Below are positions 25,878-38,245 of a stretch of 59,533 bases of DNA, in pieces. The translations under genes were made by a program, and so were the position numbers. The notes under the pieces are model-generated. The model was not told the DNA's origin, did not search any database, and was given only the letters and a program-made list of their open reading frames with translations. Positions within the stretch are counted from its first letter, which is position 1. Each line of letters starts with the position of its first letter. Source of the DNA: Rickettsiales bacterium (lineage in GTDB: Bacteria; Pseudomonadota; Alphaproteobacteria; Rickettsiales; JABIRX01); contig CBFHSE010000003.1 in the NCBI GenBank assembly GCA_965658435.1, positions 1-59,533 on the forward strand, in the 5' to 3' direction.

Positions 25878-26251
25878 TGTCAGAAAATTTTAAAAATTTT
25901 AATAAATTAGGTTCTGCTCATAATGGTTTGTATCATTGGTTGTTTCAAAGAATTACAGCCATTGCTTTAATACCTTTGGCTATATGGTTTACATCTAAGC
26001 TTATTTGTATTGCAGGATGTAACATGAGTTATGAAAATATAATTTCTTCTAAGTTAAACCTTGTTTTATTTGCTAGCATATTAATAATTATGCTTATTCA
26101 TTCTGCATTAGGTGTAAGGGTAATTATTGAAGATTATGTTTCCTGTAAATGTGGTAGCAAGATGCTTATAATTTTTGTAAATCTATTTGCATGGTTTACG
26201 GCAATATTTTTGTTTTTCGCTTTTATTAAAAATTTTGTGGCTATTATCTAA
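25877..26251 (+). CDS. sdhD: Succinate dehydrogenase membrane anchor subunit
   Basis: A small 3-TM protein with HWLFQRITA, positioned between sdhC and sdhA. It has ATGA-type overlaps at both ends. Confidence 0.82.
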   Translation: MSENFKNFNKLGSAHNGLYHWLFQRITAIALIPLAIWFTSKLICIAGCNMSYENIISSKLNLVLFASILIIMLIHSALGVRVIIEDYVSCKCGSKMLIIFVNLFAWFTAIFLFFAFIKNFVAII

Positions 26252-28035
26252 TGGGTTATAATGTAATTGAACATGAATTTGATGTTGTAGTAATTGGAGC
26301 TGGTGGTTCAGGCTTAAGAGCTACATTAGGAATGGCTGAAGCAGGTTTGTCAACTGCTTGTGTGTCAAAAGTATTTCCAACAAGAAGCCATACAGTTGCA
26401 GCCCAAGGTGGTATATCTGCTGCACTTGCTAATATGGGTCGTGATGATTGGAGATGGCATGCATATGACACAATTAAAGGTTCAGATTGGTTAGGTGATC
26501 AGGATGCAATTGAGTATATGTGTAAAAACGCACCTAAGGCAGTTGTAGAATTAGAGCATTATGGAGTTCCTTTTTCTAGAACAAAAGATGGTAAAATCTA
26601 TCAAAGACCATTTGGAGGGATGACTACAGAATATGGTGAAGGTGATCCTGCGCAAAGAACATGTGCAGCTGCAGATAGAACTGGTCATGCAATTTTGCAT
26701 ACTTTATATCAACAAGCTCTTAAGAATAAGGCTAATTTCTTTATTGAATATTTTGCCCTAGATTTAATTATGGAGGATGGTAAATGTAAAGGATTGACTG
26801 CATTAAATTTAAATGATGGAACAATTCACATATTTAAATCACATATGGTAATTATTGCCACAGGTGGTTATGGAAGAGTGTATTTTTCAGCTACATCTGC
26901 TCATACATGTACAGGAGATGGAAATGCGATGGTTGCAAGGGCGGGTTTACCTCTTCAGGATATGGAGTTTGTTCAATTCCATCCAACAGGAGTTTATGGT
27001 GCTGGATGTTTAATTACAGAAGGAGCAAGAGGCGAAGGAGGCTATCTTGTTAATTCAGAAGGTGAAAGATTTATGGAGCGTTATGCACCTTCTGCTAAGG
27101 ATTTAGCATCGCGTGATGTAGTTTCTCGTTCTATGACAATGGAAATTAATGAGGGTAGAGGTGTTGGTAAAGATAAAGACCATATATATTTACATCTTAA
27201 TCATTTAGATGCTAAAATATTAGCAGAAAGATTACCTGGTATTTCTGAAACAGCAAAGATATTTGCTAATGTCGATGTTACTAAGGAGCCTATTCCTGTC
27301 TTACCAACAGTTCATTATAATATGGGTGGAATACCCACTAATTATAATACAGAAGTAATAACAGTTGATGCAAAAGGTAAAGAAAAAACAGTTCCTGGAT
27401 TAATGGCAGTTGGTGAAGCAGGATGCGTATCTGTGCATGGAGCTAATAGATTAGGTTCTAATTCACTTCTTGATTTGGTTGTTTTTGGAAGAGCTGCAGC
27501 AATAAGAGCTAAAGAGATTTTAACTCCTAATATGCCACATAAGAAATTAAAAGAAGATTCTGTTTCTAAAGCATTAGAAAGATTTGATTCAATAATAAAA
27601 TCTAAGGGTAAAGAGTCTGTTGCTGATATGAGATTACAGATGCAAAAAATTATGCAAAGACATGCGGCTGTATTTAGAAATGAAGAGATTATGTCTTCAG
27701 GTATTGGTAAATTAGCTAAATTATATGCATCAATCAATGATTTAAAGCTAACTGATAGAGGTTTAATTTGGAATAGTGATTTAGTTGAATTACTTGAATT
27801 ACAAAATATGCTGCCACTTGCAATGCTTACTATTAAATCTGCTCACGATAGAAAAGAGAGCAGAGGTGCTCATGCAAGAGAAGATTTTATTGAAAGAAAT
27901 GATGATGAATGGATGAAGCATAGTATGTCATTTATTGATTCTTTAGGAAATGTAGATATTAAATATCGTCAAGTTATCGGAGATCCTATGACTGATGAGA
28001 TGAAAAAAATCCCTCCTAAGAAAAGAGTATATTAA
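26251..28035 (+). CDS. sdhA: Succinate dehydrogenase flavoprotein subunit
   Basis: [13 protein letters not shown], the [10 protein letters not shown] covalent-FAD His context, and HPTG...EGARGEGG. Confidence 0.97.
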   Translation: MGYNVIEHEFDVVVIGAGGSGLRATLGMAEAGLSTACVSKVFPTRSHTVAAQGGISAALANMGRDDWRWHAYDTIKGSDWLGDQDAIEYMCKNAPKAVVELEHYGVPFSRTKDGKIYQRPFGGMTTEYGEGDPAQRTCAAADRTGHAILHTLYQQALKNKANFFIEYFALDLIMEDGKCKGLTALNLNDGTIHIFKSHMVIIATGGYGRVYFSATSAHTCTGDGNAMVARAGLPLQDMEFVQFHPTGVYGAGCLITEGARGEGGYLVNSEGERFMERYAPSAKDLASRDVVSRSMTMEINEGRGVGKDKDHIYLHLNHLDAKILAERLPGISETAKIFANVDVTKEPIPVLPTVHYNMGGIPTNYNTEVITVDAKGKEKTVPGLMAVGEAGCVSVHGANRLGSNSLLDLVVFGRAAAIRAKEILTPNMPHKKLKEDSVSKALERFDSIIKSKGKESVADMRLQMQKIMQRHAAVFRNEEIMSSGIGKLAKLYASINDLKLTDRGLIWNSDLVELLELQNMLPLAMLTIKSAHDRKESRGAHAREDFIERNDDEWMKHSMSFIDSLGNVDIKYRQVIGDPMTDEMKKIPPKKRVY

Positions 28036-28052
28036 TTTAAATGTAATTTATA

Positions 28053-28844
28053 ATGGTTGAATTTGCACTCCCGAAAAATTCTAAAATAAGTTCTAAAGGA
28101 AAAAATTTTAAGTGTGATGCTAAAAATGCAAAAAACTTAAAGCTTTTTAAAGTTTACAGATATGATCCTGAGGATGGTCAAAACCCTAGAATAGATTCAT
28201 ATGAAATTAATATGGATGAGTGTGGTCCTATGGTGCTTGATGCTATTGTTAAAATTAAAAATGAAATTGATCCAACGCTTACTTTCAGAAGATCATGTAG
28301 AGAAGGTATATGTGGTTCATGTGCTATGAATATAGATGGTACAAATACATTAGCATGTATAAAACCTATTTCTGAAGTTAAAGATGATGTTAAAATTTAT
28401 CCATTGCCTCATATGGAAGTTGTTAAAGATTTAGTTCCAGATCTATCTACATTTTATGCTCAGTTAAATTCTATTCAACCATGGTTAAAAAATGATGAAA
28501 AAACTCAATCTGATAAAGAAAGATTACAATCTCCTGAAGATAGAGCAAAGTTAGATGGCTTATATGAATGTGTTTTATGTGCTTGTTGTTCTACATCATG
28601 CCCTAGCTATTGGTGGAATGGTGATAAATATTTAGGTCCTGCAATTTTGCTTCAAGCCTATAGATTTATTGCAGATAGTAGAGATCAAGAAACTGGCAAG
28701 AGATTAGATGATTTAAATGATTCTTTTAAATTATATCGTTGTCATACTATAATGAACTGTACTAGAACATGTCCAAAAGGGTTAAACCCTGCTAAAGCAA
28801 TTTCTGCTATAAAATCGCTCCTATTAGATAAGCAAGGAATTTAG
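28053..28844 (+). CDS. sdhB: Succinate dehydrogenase iron-sulfur subunit
   Basis: Cluster motifs [28 protein letters not shown] and [14 protein letters not shown]. Confidence 0.97.
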   Translation: MVEFALPKNSKISSKGKNFKCDAKNAKNLKLFKVYRYDPEDGQNPRIDSYEINMDECGPMVLDAIVKIKNEIDPTLTFRRSCREGICGSCAMNIDGTNTLACIKPISEVKDDVKIYPLPHMEVVKDLVPDLSTFYAQLNSIQPWLKNDEKTQSDKERLQSPEDRAKLDGLYECVLCACCSTSCPSYWWNGDKYLGPAILLQAYRFIADSRDQETGKRLDDLNDSFKLYRCHTIMNCTRTCPKGLNPAKAISAIKSLLLDKQGI

Positions 28845-28845
28845 A

Positions 28846-29802
28846 ATGATGGTTTCCTTGCAGATTATAGGGGGATTAATTTTACTTTTTTTAGGTGGTG
28901 AAGCGCTTGTAAGAGGAGCTGTAAAAATTGCCAGAGAATATAAAATATCCAAGCTAATTATAGGGGTAACAATTGTTGCTTTTGGAACTTCTAGTCCTGA
29001 ATTATTAATCAGCTTGCAAGCAGCAATTAGAGAATCATATGATATTGCGCTCGGTAATGTAATTGGTAGCAATATAGCAAATATATTTTTAGTATTAGGT
29101 GTTGCGGCAATTTTATATCCTATATCAATTCAAAAAGAGTTAGTTAGATTTGATTTTCATTATATGTTAATAGCTTCTTTAATGTTATTTCTTTTTGTTA
29201 TGACAGGTGTTGTAGGAAGGATTGAAGGCCTTGTTTTGCTCGGTATTTTAATTGTTTATACTTTATCAACACTCAAAAGACATAAAAAAAATAAAGATTC
29301 AGACATGTTAGCTCAGCAAGTAGTTGAGGTTGAGGAGCAAAATTTTTTTAAAATAACTAAAAAAAGAGCCATCATTATGGTTATTTTAAGTGTGGGTTTT
29401 TTAGGTTTTGGCGCGCATATCTTAGTAATAGGTGCAAGTGAATTAGCAAGAATGTTTAATGTTAGTGAAGCTGCAATTGCGGTTACTATTGTTGCAATTG
29501 GTGGTTCAGCTCCTGAGTTAGCTACATCAGTAATTGCTGCTTACAGAAAACATTCAGATATTGCAGTAGCTAATGTAGTGGGTAGTAATATATTCAATAT
29601 ATTGGGTGTTGTTGGTGTTACAACTCTAGTTACGCCCATTGTGTCAAGATCAACTTTATCTTTTTTTGATGTATGGGTTATGCTTTTTTCATCAATGTTA
29701 CTATATAGTTTTGTTAGAAAGAAATATATAATTACAAGACTTAATGGTTTTTTATTTTGTGTGTTTTACGCTTTATATATAATTTGGCAATTTGCAAGTT
29801 AA
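28846..29802 (+). CDS. Ca2+/Na+ antiporter family (YrbG/CaCA) transporter
   Basis: It has duplicated alpha-repeat motifs GTSSPELLIS/GNVIGSNIANI and GGSAPELATS/ANVVGSNIFNI. Confidence 0.85.
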   Translation: MMVSLQIIGGLILLFLGGEALVRGAVKIAREYKISKLIIGVTIVAFGTSSPELLISLQAAIRESYDIALGNVIGSNIANIFLVLGVAAILYPISIQKELVRFDFHYMLIASLMLFLFVMTGVVGRIEGLVLLGILIVYTLSTLKRHKKNKDSDMLAQQVVEVEEQNFFKITKKRAIIMVILSVGFLGFGAHILVIGASELARMFNVSEAAIAVTIVAIGGSAPELATSVIAAYRKHSDIAVANVVGSNIFNILGVVGVTTLVTPIVSRSTLSFFDVWVMLFSSMLLYSFVRKKYIITRLNGFLFCVFYALYIIWQFAS

Positions 29803-29808
29803 ATAATC

Positions 29809-30702
29809 ATGCTTTCAAAGATACTTAATAAAAAATATAATTTTGATTTTTTTTCTAGTTATAAATATTTTATATTTTGTTCGGTTATTCTTGTTTTTAT
29901 TTCCTTAGTTTTAGTATTTAGTAAAGGTTTCAATAAAGGCATTGATTTTGCTGGAGGAATCTTAATTGAGATTAGAAGTGATAAATCTCTTAATATAGCT
30001 GAATTGAGAAATATTTTAGACGGACTGGATATAGGTGATGTTTCTCTGCAGCAAATAGGTAGTGATAAAGATATTATGATAAGAGTAGGAGGAAAAAATA
30101 TAGATGAAAAGATACAAATGCAAAAAATATCACTTATTAAAGATGCAATTAATAATAATTTTAGTGGAGTAGAATATAGAAGAGTTGATTTTGTGGGTCC
30201 TATAGTTGGCTCAGAATTAATTAAGTCCAGTGTAATTGCTCTATTTTGTTCTTTTGTTGCTATATTGTTTTATATTTGGATAAGATTTAATTATAGATTT
30301 GGCTTTGGTGCTTTGCTTGCTTTAATTCACGATGTTATACTAACATTTGGATTATTAATAATTTTGCAATTAGAATTTAATTTAACTGCAATTGCCGCTC
30401 TTTTAACCATAATTGGTTACTCTATTAATGATTCTGTAGTAATTTTTGATAGAATTAGAGAAAATTCTAGAAAATACAGAAGTTTATCTCAAAAGAAAAT
30501 AATTGTAAAAAGCTTAAATGAAACTTTGAATAGGACAATTTTAACTGCATTAACTACCATAATAGCTCTATTAGCTCTTGTAATATTAGGAGGAGAGGTT
30601 TTGAAAACATTTAGTATTGCTGTTTTATTTGGAGTAATTGTGGGAACTTATTCCTCTATTTTTATTGCAACTACTACAATTCTTACTAAAAATAAGATTT
30701 AG
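29809..30702 (+). CDS. secF: Protein translocase subunit SecF
   Basis: GIDFAGG, HDVILTFG and GYSINDSVVIFDRIREN blocks are present. No secD is adjacent. Confidence 0.88.
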   Translation: MLSKILNKKYNFDFFSSYKYFIFCSVILVFISLVLVFSKGFNKGIDFAGGILIEIRSDKSLNIAELRNILDGLDIGDVSLQQIGSDKDIMIRVGGKNIDEKIQMQKISLIKDAINNNFSGVEYRRVDFVGPIVGSELIKSSVIALFCSFVAILFYIWIRFNYRFGFGALLALIHDVILTFGLLIILQLEFNLTAIAALLTIIGYSINDSVVIFDRIRENSRKYRSLSQKKIIVKSLNETLNRTILTALTTIIALLALVILGGEVLKTFSIAVLFGVIVGTYSSIFIATTTILTKNKI

Positions 30703-30769
30703 TTTTTCTTTCTAAATATCTTTATTGACTTGATTTTAAGTGATTGTTAACCTAGCGCAAAAATCTTAT

Positions 30770-31117
30770 ATGAAAATATATCATAATCCACATTGTTCAA
30801 AATCTAGAGAGGCTCTTAAATATTTGCAAAGTCAAAATTTTGCATTTGAAATTATTGATTATATGAATGAAAAAATTTCTAAAGATGAATTAATAAATAT
30901 TATTGATTTATTAAAGATTACACCTAGATCATTATTGCGAAAAAATGAAGAAATTTATAAAGAGCATAATTTATCTTCTCCAGATTTATCAGATGATGAG
31001 ATAATAGAATTTATGTTGAAATATCATAAATTAATTGAAAGACCAATTATTGTAATTGAAAATAAAGCATGTATTGCAAGACCATTAGATAATTTAAAAG
31101 AAATGTTAAATGAATAA
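30770..31117 (+). CDS. arsC: ArsC/Spx-family arsenate reductase-like protein
   Basis: MKIYHNPHCSKSREAL is an N-terminal CxxS-type motif. ATG 30770 is preferred to the listed GTG at 30740. Confidence 0.72.
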   Translation: MKIYHNPHCSKSREALKYLQSQNFAFEIIDYMNEKISKDELINIIDLLKITPRSLLRKNEEIYKEHNLSSPDLSDDEIIEFMLKYHKLIERPIIVIENKACIARPLDNLKEMLNE

Positions 31118-31397
31118 TATTAACAAAGAACAAATAGAAAAAATTGCGAATTTAGCGCGTATTAAATTAAGTGATGCAGAAGCTATTAAATATGCAGATG
31201 ATTTATCAGATATAGTTTCATGGGTAGAAAGTTTAAATGAATTAGATACTGAATCAGTCAAACCAATGATGTCTGTTGAAGCGGATCTGAAGATGCGAGA
31301 TGATAATTCAGATGATGAAGATTATTCAAGTGATGTTTTAAAAAATGCTCCTGATAAAAAACTTAATTTTTTTGTTGTACCAAAATTTGTAGGTTGA
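31110..31397 (+). CDS. gatC: Asp/Glu-tRNA amidotransferase subunit C
   Basis: 95 aa, IEKIANLARIKLSDAE, located immediately upstream of gatA. Confidence 0.87.
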   Translation: MNNINKEQIEKIANLARIKLSDAEAIKYADDLSDIVSWVESLNELDTESVKPMMSVEADLKMRDDNSDDEDYSSDVLKNAPDKKLNFFVVPKFVG

Positions 31398-31398
31398 A

Positions 31399-32880
31399 AT
31401 GACTGAGATAACTAAATTAAAAATTTCCGAATTAACCCAAGCTTTAAAAGCAAAAAAAATTTCATCATTAGAAATAACAAAAGCTTATCTTGATAGAATT
31501 AAAAAATATGATGATAAACTTAATTCTTATATTTTGCTTTGTGAGGAGAATGTTTTGAAAGCTGCAAAATTATCAGATGAAAATTACAAAAATAATATTG
31601 CCAGAAATTTAGAAGGAATTCCTCTTGGAATAAAAGATCTGTTTTGTACTAAAAATGTAAAAACTACAGCTTGTTCTCATATATTAGATGGTTTTACACC
31701 ACCTTATGAATCAACAGTTACTGATAATTTATGGCATGATGGAGCGTTGCTTCTTGGTAAATTAAATATGGATGAATTTGCTATGGGTTCAACAAATTTA
31801 AATAGTTATAAAGGTAAGGTCGTAAACCCAGTAAAAAAATCTAATTCAGATGAAGAATTAGTTCCAGGAGGTTCTTCAGGTGGAAGTGCTGCTGCCTTAG
31901 CTGCTGATTTTTGTGCAGCATCACTTGGAAGTGATACAGGAGGTTCAGTGCGTCAACCTGCTGCATTTTGTGGGGTTGTTGGAATAAAGCCAACTTATGG
32001 AAGATGTTCAAGATATGGTATGATTGCATATGCTAGCTCATTAGATCAGGCTGGAATTTTTGCAAGAGATGTTCAAGATGCTGGTATCGTTCTAAATTCA
32101 ATATCTTCCTATGATGAAAAAGATTCTACATCATGTAAGCAAAAATCAGAAGATTTTCTTCAAGATTTAAATAAAGGAATAAAGGGTATGAAAATAGGCT
32201 TACCCAAGGAATATGAAATGGAGGGTATGAATCCTGATATTAAAAAAAATATTGAAGAATCAGTTAAAAAACTAGAAGGATTAGGAGCAGAAATAATTGA
32301 TGTTTCTTTACCACATACTCATTATGGCGCTCCAACATATTATATATTAAGCACAGCTGAAGCATCTTCAAACCTAGCAAGATATGATGGAGTTAGATAT
32401 GGATTGCGAGTTAGTGATAAAGGTGATTCATTAGAAGATTTATATAAAAATACTAGAGCTTTAGGTTTTGGAAATGAAGTAAAAAGAAGAATAATGCTTG
32501 GAACATATGTATTATCTTCTGGTTATTATGATGCTTATTATCGTAAAGCTCAAAAAGTTAGAAGGCTAATTGCCAATGATTTTGATAGTGTTTTTGATAA
32601 GGTTGATGCAATTATAACTCCAACTACACCAAATACAGCTTTTGGAAATAAAAAAAAATTATCAAATGTTGAAACCTACTATAATGATATATTCACAGTC
32701 CCTGTAAATTTAGCTGGTTTACCTGCTATTTCTATACCAGTTGGAGTTGATAGCAATAACTTACCAATAGGTGTGCAATTTATCACTCCAAAATTTAGTG
32801 AAGTTAAAATGCTACGAATAGCAAAATCATTAGAGGATGAGGTAGCATTTGATCGTTATAAATTAAATTTTAGATTTTAA
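31399..32880 (+). CDS. gatA: Asp/Glu-tRNA amidotransferase subunit A
   Basis: Carries the amidase signature [13 protein letters not shown]...[12 protein letters not shown]. Confidence 0.96.
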   Translation: MTEITKLKISELTQALKAKKISSLEITKAYLDRIKKYDDKLNSYILLCEENVLKAAKLSDENYKNNIARNLEGIPLGIKDLFCTKNVKTTACSHILDGFTPPYESTVTDNLWHDGALLLGKLNMDEFAMGSTNLNSYKGKVVNPVKKSNSDEELVPGGSSGGSAAALAADFCAASLGSDTGGSVRQPAAFCGVVGIKPTYGRCSRYGMIAYASSLDQAGIFARDVQDAGIVLNSISSYDEKDSTSCKQKSEDFLQDLNKGIKGMKIGLPKEYEMEGMNPDIKKNIEESVKKLEGLGAEIIDVSLPHTHYGAPTYYILSTAEASSNLARYDGVRYGLRVSDKGDSLEDLYKNTRALGFGNEVKRRIMLGTYVLSSGYYDAYYRKAQKVRRLIANDFDSVFDKVDAIITPTTPNTAFGNKKKLSNVETYYNDIFTVPVNLAGLPAISIPVGVDSNNLPIGVQFITPKFSEVKMLRIAKSLEDEVAFDRYKLNFRF

Positions 32881-32881
32881 T

Positions 32882-34333
32882 ATGGCTATTTTTGAAACTA
32901 CGAAAAATAAATATGAGATTGTTATTGGGCTTGAGATTCATGCGCAAATAAATACAAAATCTAAGCTTTTTTCTAATTCAAATACTAAGTTTGGTGCAGA
33001 ACCTAATAGTCAGGTATCATATGTTGATGCTGCAATGCCTGGAATGTTACCTGTTCTAAATAGAGAGGCAATTTTTAAAGCTGCCCAAACAGGATATGCT
33101 ATTAATGCTAAGGTTAATTCATATTCTATATTTGATCGTAAAAATTATTTTTATGCAGATTTACCTCAAGGATATCAGATTTCTCAATTTAGCGATCCGT
33201 TGGTTGAGGGTGGTGCAATAAAAATTAAAACTAGTGAAGGCAATGATAAAATTATTAATATAACTAGAATTCACGTTGAGCAAGATGCAGGTAAATCAAT
33301 TCATGATCAAAGCCCTGATTCAAGTTTTGTTGATTTAAATAGAAGTGGAGTACCATTGATGGAGTTAGTGACAGAACCTGAAATATCAAGTGCATTTGAA
33401 GCTGCTGATTTTGTCAAAAAATATCGCAATATTCTTAGATATATTAATTCTTGTGATGCTGATATGGAAAAAGGTCATTTGCGTTGTGATGCAAATGTTA
33501 GTTTAAAATTATTAGGTAGCAAAGAGCTAGGAACTAGATGTGAAATTAAAAATCTTAATTCTACTAAAAATATTCAGTTAGCTATTGATTATGAAGTAGC
33601 AAGACAGGCTGAAATATTAGATAATGGTGGTGAAATAAGGCAGCAAACTCGTCTATTTGATGTGGTTACTTTAGAAACTAAAATAATGCGTGATAAGGAG
33701 GATGCTCATGATTACAGATATTTTCCTGACCCTGATTTATTGCCACTTAATTTAGATAAAGAATTTTTACAAAAAGCAAAAGACTCATTGCCAATATTAC
33801 CTGATGCTAAAAAAGAAAAATATATAGAATTAGGAATATCAGAATATGATGCTGATGTAATTATTGCTGATAAAAATGTTACTGAATATTTTGATCAAAT
33901 ATTTATGAAATGTGATATTAAGCTTGCTGTAAATTGGTTAACATCTGAGTTATTTGGGAGGTTAAAAAAGGAGAATATTGAAATTAATAATTCTCCTGTT
34001 ACTGCTTCTAATTTACTTGGATTAATTAAAGAGATTGAGGTAAAAAATATTTCAGGAAAAATAGCTAAAGAAGTTTTGGATAAAATGTTTATATCAGGTG
34101 AAGAAGCTTCTTTAATTATTGAAAGAGATGGATTAAAGCAAATTGCTGATGATGGTCTCATTTTAAAAATCATAGAGCAAATAATAACTGAGAATCAAGA
34201 TAAGGTTGCTGAATATAATTCAGGAAAAGAAAAATTATTTGGTTTTTTTGTAGGGCAAGTAATGAAATTATCTAAAGGTAAGGCTTCACCTCAATTAGTT
34301 AATCAATTATTGAAAGAAAGGCTTAAAAAATAA
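32882..34333 (+). CDS. gatB: Asp/Glu-tRNA amidotransferase subunit B
   Basis: [38 protein letters not shown] and RCDANVS blocks. Confidence 0.96.
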   Translation: MAIFETTKNKYEIVIGLEIHAQINTKSKLFSNSNTKFGAEPNSQVSYVDAAMPGMLPVLNREAIFKAAQTGYAINAKVNSYSIFDRKNYFYADLPQGYQISQFSDPLVEGGAIKIKTSEGNDKIINITRIHVEQDAGKSIHDQSPDSSFVDLNRSGVPLMELVTEPEISSAFEAADFVKKYRNILRYINSCDADMEKGHLRCDANVSLKLLGSKELGTRCEIKNLNSTKNIQLAIDYEVARQAEILDNGGEIRQQTRLFDVVTLETKIMRDKEDAHDYRYFPDPDLLPLNLDKEFLQKAKDSLPILPDAKKEKYIELGISEYDADVIIADKNVTEYFDQIFMKCDIKLAVNWLTSELFGRLKKENIEINNSPVTASNLLGLIKEIEVKNISGKIAKEVLDKMFISGEEASLIIERDGLKQIADDGLILKIIEQIITENQDKVAEYNSGKEKLFGFFVGQVMKLSKGKASPQLVNQLLKERLKK

Positions 34334-34337
34334 AAAC

Positions 34338-36308
34338 TTAGATGGGTTTTTTCATTGGATTTTCAAAATCATGACTTTTTTGTCTAAAGAGGTGCAAATA
34401 TATTACTGTGCTTTCTAAAATTCTTTGCACATAATTTCTAGTTTCTGGATAAGATATTTTTTCTATCCAATCAATAATTTGATGACGATCTATTTTTTCT
34501 CTTGGATCGCCATTTTCACTAAGCCATCTTTTGATGTTTTTTGGTCCTGCATTATATGAGGCAATTGCTAGAATATTAGAATTGTCAAATTTTTTTAATA
34601 GTAATTTAATATAACCAGAGCCAAGTTCAATATTATATTTTGCATTATTTTTTAATTCTAATCTGCTATAAGGCTTTTTAAGTCTTTTTGCCATATCTTT
34701 TGCTGTAGCTGGCATTAATTGCATAAATCCTACAGCACCAGCATGACTAATTGCTGATACATTAAAGCCGCTTTCTTGTTTGATAATGGACATTATTAAG
34801 GCATTTTCCTTTATATTATTGCTAGAAGGTAAGTTATTTAAAAAAGGATAGTTAGCTAGGCTATTAACGTTATAGCGCATAGCTAATCTTGAAATTTTAT
34901 TAATTAATTGAGTATGATTCGTATAGTTTGTAAGTTCAATTATTAGTTTGATTACTTCAGGATCATTACTGTTTTCTATGACATGAGTAAAAAATTTTTC
35001 TGCTTCTTTTATGTAGTTATTGGCAGAAAAATATAGGGCTATTCTGGCAATTTCATTGTTGTTAATAAAATTTTGTAATTCTTCAATATTATATTTAGGT
35101 GATTTTGGCAATGAAATCATTATTTCTTTATCTAATTCTAATACTGCCATCTGGCCATAATATGTAGTGTTGTAATTACTTGCTATTTCATACCAAATTT
35201 TTGCATTTTCATATTGTTTTGCTTCTTGATATGATCTTGCCAACCAATATGAACTGCGTGCAAGACTAATAGCATATCCAACAGAATTATACATGGTTTT
35301 AAAATGGTTTATAGCAATTTGAGGGCGCTTTAAAAAACGTAATGCTATCCAACCTGCATACCATTCTAGTTCGGATAATTCGTAATTATATGAGGTAATA
35401 TTATGATTTTTAACAACTTTATAGGCTAATTCATAACGTTTTTCTTTAAGAAGATATCTTGCGTTTCTTATACGAATTTGAGCCCATCTTTTATTATTTG
35501 TTTCATTTTTTAGGTTTAAAATGAAAGGGGTTATTTTATGGTCTTGATTGCTTCTTTCGTAATATCTTGTGAGATCATAATAAAGATCAGGTTTTTTTAA
35601 TAAATTTTTGTCTAATTTTTTAAGTTTATCAGCTTTATATTGATTTTTTTTAAGAGCAATTCTTGCTTTATAATAATTTTTATTGTCGCTAGAAATATAT
35701 GGGAAAAGTTTTTTAGCATTTTTATAATGCTTTCTTGAAATAAGTGAGGATATTTTATTATGTAAGTCTTTTTTAGATATATTTTTTGCAATAAATTCTA
35801 GGTTTTTTTTATTTTGGCTAAAATTAAAGGATGGTGACATAAAATATTCATTGCGTAATCTGGATAAATTTTCATTATTATTTTCTGATTTTTCATTCTT
35901 TAGAGCTTTTTTATAGAGTTCATAGCCATTTTTTGTGCTAGGTTTTTTGTCAGCAAAAAATTCAATAATCTCTTTATCGGAGTTATTATTATTTAGTAAT
36001 TTTTCTGTGTTAAGTTTAAGATTATATTGATTTGGATAATAATTATGATTTATCAAGAAATTATTGGCGATGTCATATTTTAATTCATTACCTTTATTTA
36101 ATATATACCATATTGCAAGATTCTCTATGGTGTCGTCAGCACAAAATTTTGTTTTATTATATGCTGTTTTATATTCTTTCTTTTTAAAATTCTTGAAGAA
36201 TTCTTTGGAGCAATTAAGGCTTTTATTGTCAATTAATTGATTGATGTTTTTTTCTGCATAACTTAGGTTGCAGTAAAAAATAATGGTAAATATCAATATT
36301 TTTCTCAT
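34338..36308 (-). CDS. slt: Soluble lytic murein transglycosylase (Slt70-like)
   Basis: A signal peptide and a long superhelical N-terminal domain precede a C-terminal SLT domain (IIKQESGFNVSAISHAGAVGFMQLMP, AYNAGP). Confidence 0.82.
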   Translation of the reverse strand: MRKILIFTIIFYCNLSYAEKNINQLIDNKSLNCSKEFFKNFKKKEYKTAYNKTKFCADDTIENLAIWYILNKGNELKYDIANNFLINHNYYPNQYNLKLNTEKLLNNNNSDKEIIEFFADKKPSTKNGYELYKKALKNEKSENNNENLSRLRNEYFMSPSFNFSQNKKNLEFIAKNISKKDLHNKISSLISRKHYKNAKKLFPYISSDNKNYYKARIALKKNQYKADKLKKLDKNLLKKPDLYYDLTRYYERSNQDHKITPFILNLKNETNNKRWAQIRIRNARYLLKEKRYELAYKVVKNHNITSYNYELSELEWYAGWIALRFLKRPQIAINHFKTMYNSVGYAISLARSSYWLARSYQEAKQYENAKIWYEIASNYNTTYYGQMAVLELDKEIMISLPKSPKYNIEELQNFINNNEIARIALYFSANNYIKEAEKFFTHVIENSNDPEVIKLIIELTNYTNHTQLINKISRLAMRYNVNSLANYPFLNNLPSSNNIKENALIMSIIKQESGFNVSAISHAGAVGFMQLMPATAKDMAKRLKKPYSRLELKNNAKYNIELGSGYIKLLLKKFDNSNILAIASYNAGPKNIKRWLSENGDPREKIDRHQIIDWIEKISYPETRNYVQRILESTVIYLHLFRQKSHDFENPMKKPI

Positions 36309-36423
36309 AATAAATATATATATTACAAGAGATTGATTAGCAAATATAATATTAATTTAATAATTAGATTTATAATTATTAAAGATATTTTATAAAAATA
36401 CTTAATTATTTTAGTTTTTTAAT

Positions 36424-37215
36424 ATGATTTATGTTCATAATCTTGATCCTATATTATTTAATTTAGGATTTTTGTCTATTAGATGGTACTCTTTGGCTTA
36501 TATTTTTGGAATTATTTTAGGAGCAATTTACGGCTTATATTTGGAAAAAAAATATTCACTTGGTATAACTAATAAAAAGGATTTGGAGGATCTATCTTGT
36601 TTTGTAATTATTGGAATTATTTTAGGAGGTAGGTTAGGTTATGTATTATTTTATAATTTTTCATATTATTTAAATAATATATTTGAAGTTTTTTATATTT
36701 GGCAAGGTGGTTTGTCTTTTCATGGTGGCTTGGTAGGATTTACGATTTCCATATTAATTTATAGTAGAAAAAAGCAAAAATCATTTTTACGTTATATGGA
36801 TTTGATGGCAGCTATTGTTCCTATTGGTCTTTTTTTGGGAAGAATTGCTAATTTTATTAATGCTGAATTATATGGAAAGGCAACCAAAGGAAGCTGGGGA
36901 GTTGTCTTTCCTAATGCAGGAGATTTTCCGCGTCACCCAAGTCAATTATATGAAGCTTTATTGGAAGGATTATTATGTTTAATAGTTATATATTTTCTTT
37001 TGGGAAATAAAAAATATAGAGAAAAACCTGGTTTTATGGCAGGGATATTTTTAATAATTTATGGTTTAGCAAGAATATTTGTTGAGAATTTTAGAGTTCC
37101 TGATTTTCAGTTAGGATATTTCTTTGATTTTATAACTATGGGACAGTTATTATCTTTACCTATGATTATATTAGGTGTTTATTTACTTGTTTTTAAATGT
37201 CAAAAAAAGAATTAA
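36424..37215 (+). CDS. lgt: Prolipoprotein diacylglyceryl transferase
   Basis: IRWYSLAYI, GGRLGYV, GGLSFHGGLVG and HPSQLYEALLEG blocks. Confidence 0.92.
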   Translation: MIYVHNLDPILFNLGFLSIRWYSLAYIFGIILGAIYGLYLEKKYSLGITNKKDLEDLSCFVIIGIILGGRLGYVLFYNFSYYLNNIFEVFYIWQGGLSFHGGLVGFTISILIYSRKKQKSFLRYMDLMAAIVPIGLFLGRIANFINAELYGKATKGSWGVVFPNAGDFPRHPSQLYEALLEGLLCLIVIYFLLGNKKYREKPGFMAGIFLIIYGLARIFVENFRVPDFQLGYFFDFITMGQLLSLPMIILGVYLLVFKCQKKN

Positions 37216-38243
37216 TAAAAAAAATTAAAGCAGAAATTAAGCAAAATGATGGAATTTCTATATCTAAATTTATGGAGATAGCCTTATTTGATAAGGATAA
37301 TGGTTATTATGTTAGTGAAAGAATATTTGGAGAAAAAGGTGATTTTATAACCTCTCCTGAGATTAGCCAAATATTTTCAGAGATAATAGCAGTATTTATT
37401 CATTATAAATGGCAGGAAGAAAAAAATGGAGGTAAATTACAATTAATTGAGTTAGGGCCAGGAAGAGGGGTGATGATGCATGATATATTAAGAAGTTTAC
37501 GCTCTCTTGGTGATTTATATAATAATATTGAAGTGATATTATATGAGAAAAGTGAGCAATTAAGAAAGATCCAATTAGCTAAATTAGCAGAATTTAATAA
37601 TATTAATATTAGCCATATTTCGGATTTGAATGAAGTTGCAAAAAAAAATTCATTTATATTAGCTAATGAATTTTTTGATGCATTACCAATTAATCAATAT
37701 GAGTATTGTAAAAATAAGTGGTTTGAAAGGATAGTTGATTTAAAGAATGAAGATTTTGTTTTTTCATTATCTAAAAATGAAGCTAAATTCTTAAAAGCAA
37801 ATATTCAAAATAAAGAAGGAGATATTTTTGAAAAATCTGATGCTAGTTTGCTGATTATGGAACAGCTTGCAAAATTTATTAAAACAACAAATTCTAAAGC
37901 ATTAATTATTGATTATGGTTATGTAAAAAAATCATATGGTGATAGTTTGCAAGCTATGAAAAACCATAAATATATAGATGTTTTTACTGATATTGGCTCT
38001 TCTGATATTACGGCTCATGTTGATTTCGAAATATTAGCTGCTCTTGCTTTAAAACATAATAATAAAGCTTTAATTACAACTCAAAGAGAGTTTTTTGAGC
38101 AATTAGGTTTCAGGGCAAGAAATAATATTTTAAAGCAAAATGCTAATGAAATTCAGAGAGAAAAATTAGATTATGCTGAAAAGAAAATTTTAGATGAAGC
38201 TGAAATGGGAGATTTATTTAAGGTTTTGTATGTTGAATCTTGA
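37197..38243 (+). CDS. SAM-dependent methyltransferase, DUF185 / NDUFAF7 (MidA)-like
   Basis: FMEIALFDKDNGYY, DFITSPEISQIF, ELGPGRGVMM and ANEFFDALP blocks. Confidence 0.8.
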   Translation: MSKKELIKKIKAEIKQNDGISISKFMEIALFDKDNGYYVSERIFGEKGDFITSPEISQIFSEIIAVFIHYKWQEEKNGGKLQLIELGPGRGVMMHDILRSLRSLGDLYNNIEVILYEKSEQLRKIQLAKLAEFNNINISHISDLNEVAKKNSFILANEFFDALPINQYEYCKNKWFERIVDLKNEDFVFSLSKNEAKFLKANIQNKEGDIFEKSDASLLIMEQLAKFIKTTNSKALIIDYGYVKKSYGDSLQAMKNHKYIDVFTDIGSSDITAHVDFEILAALALKHNNKALITTQREFFEQLGFRARNNILKQNANEIQREKLDYAEKKILDEAEMGDLFKVLYVES

Positions 38244-38245
38244 AT

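Noticed and set aside
26256-27737. Minus-strand ORFs 26256-26471 and 27342-27737 within sdhA
   Set aside because: They are shadow ORFs opposite a highly conserved, unambiguous gene.
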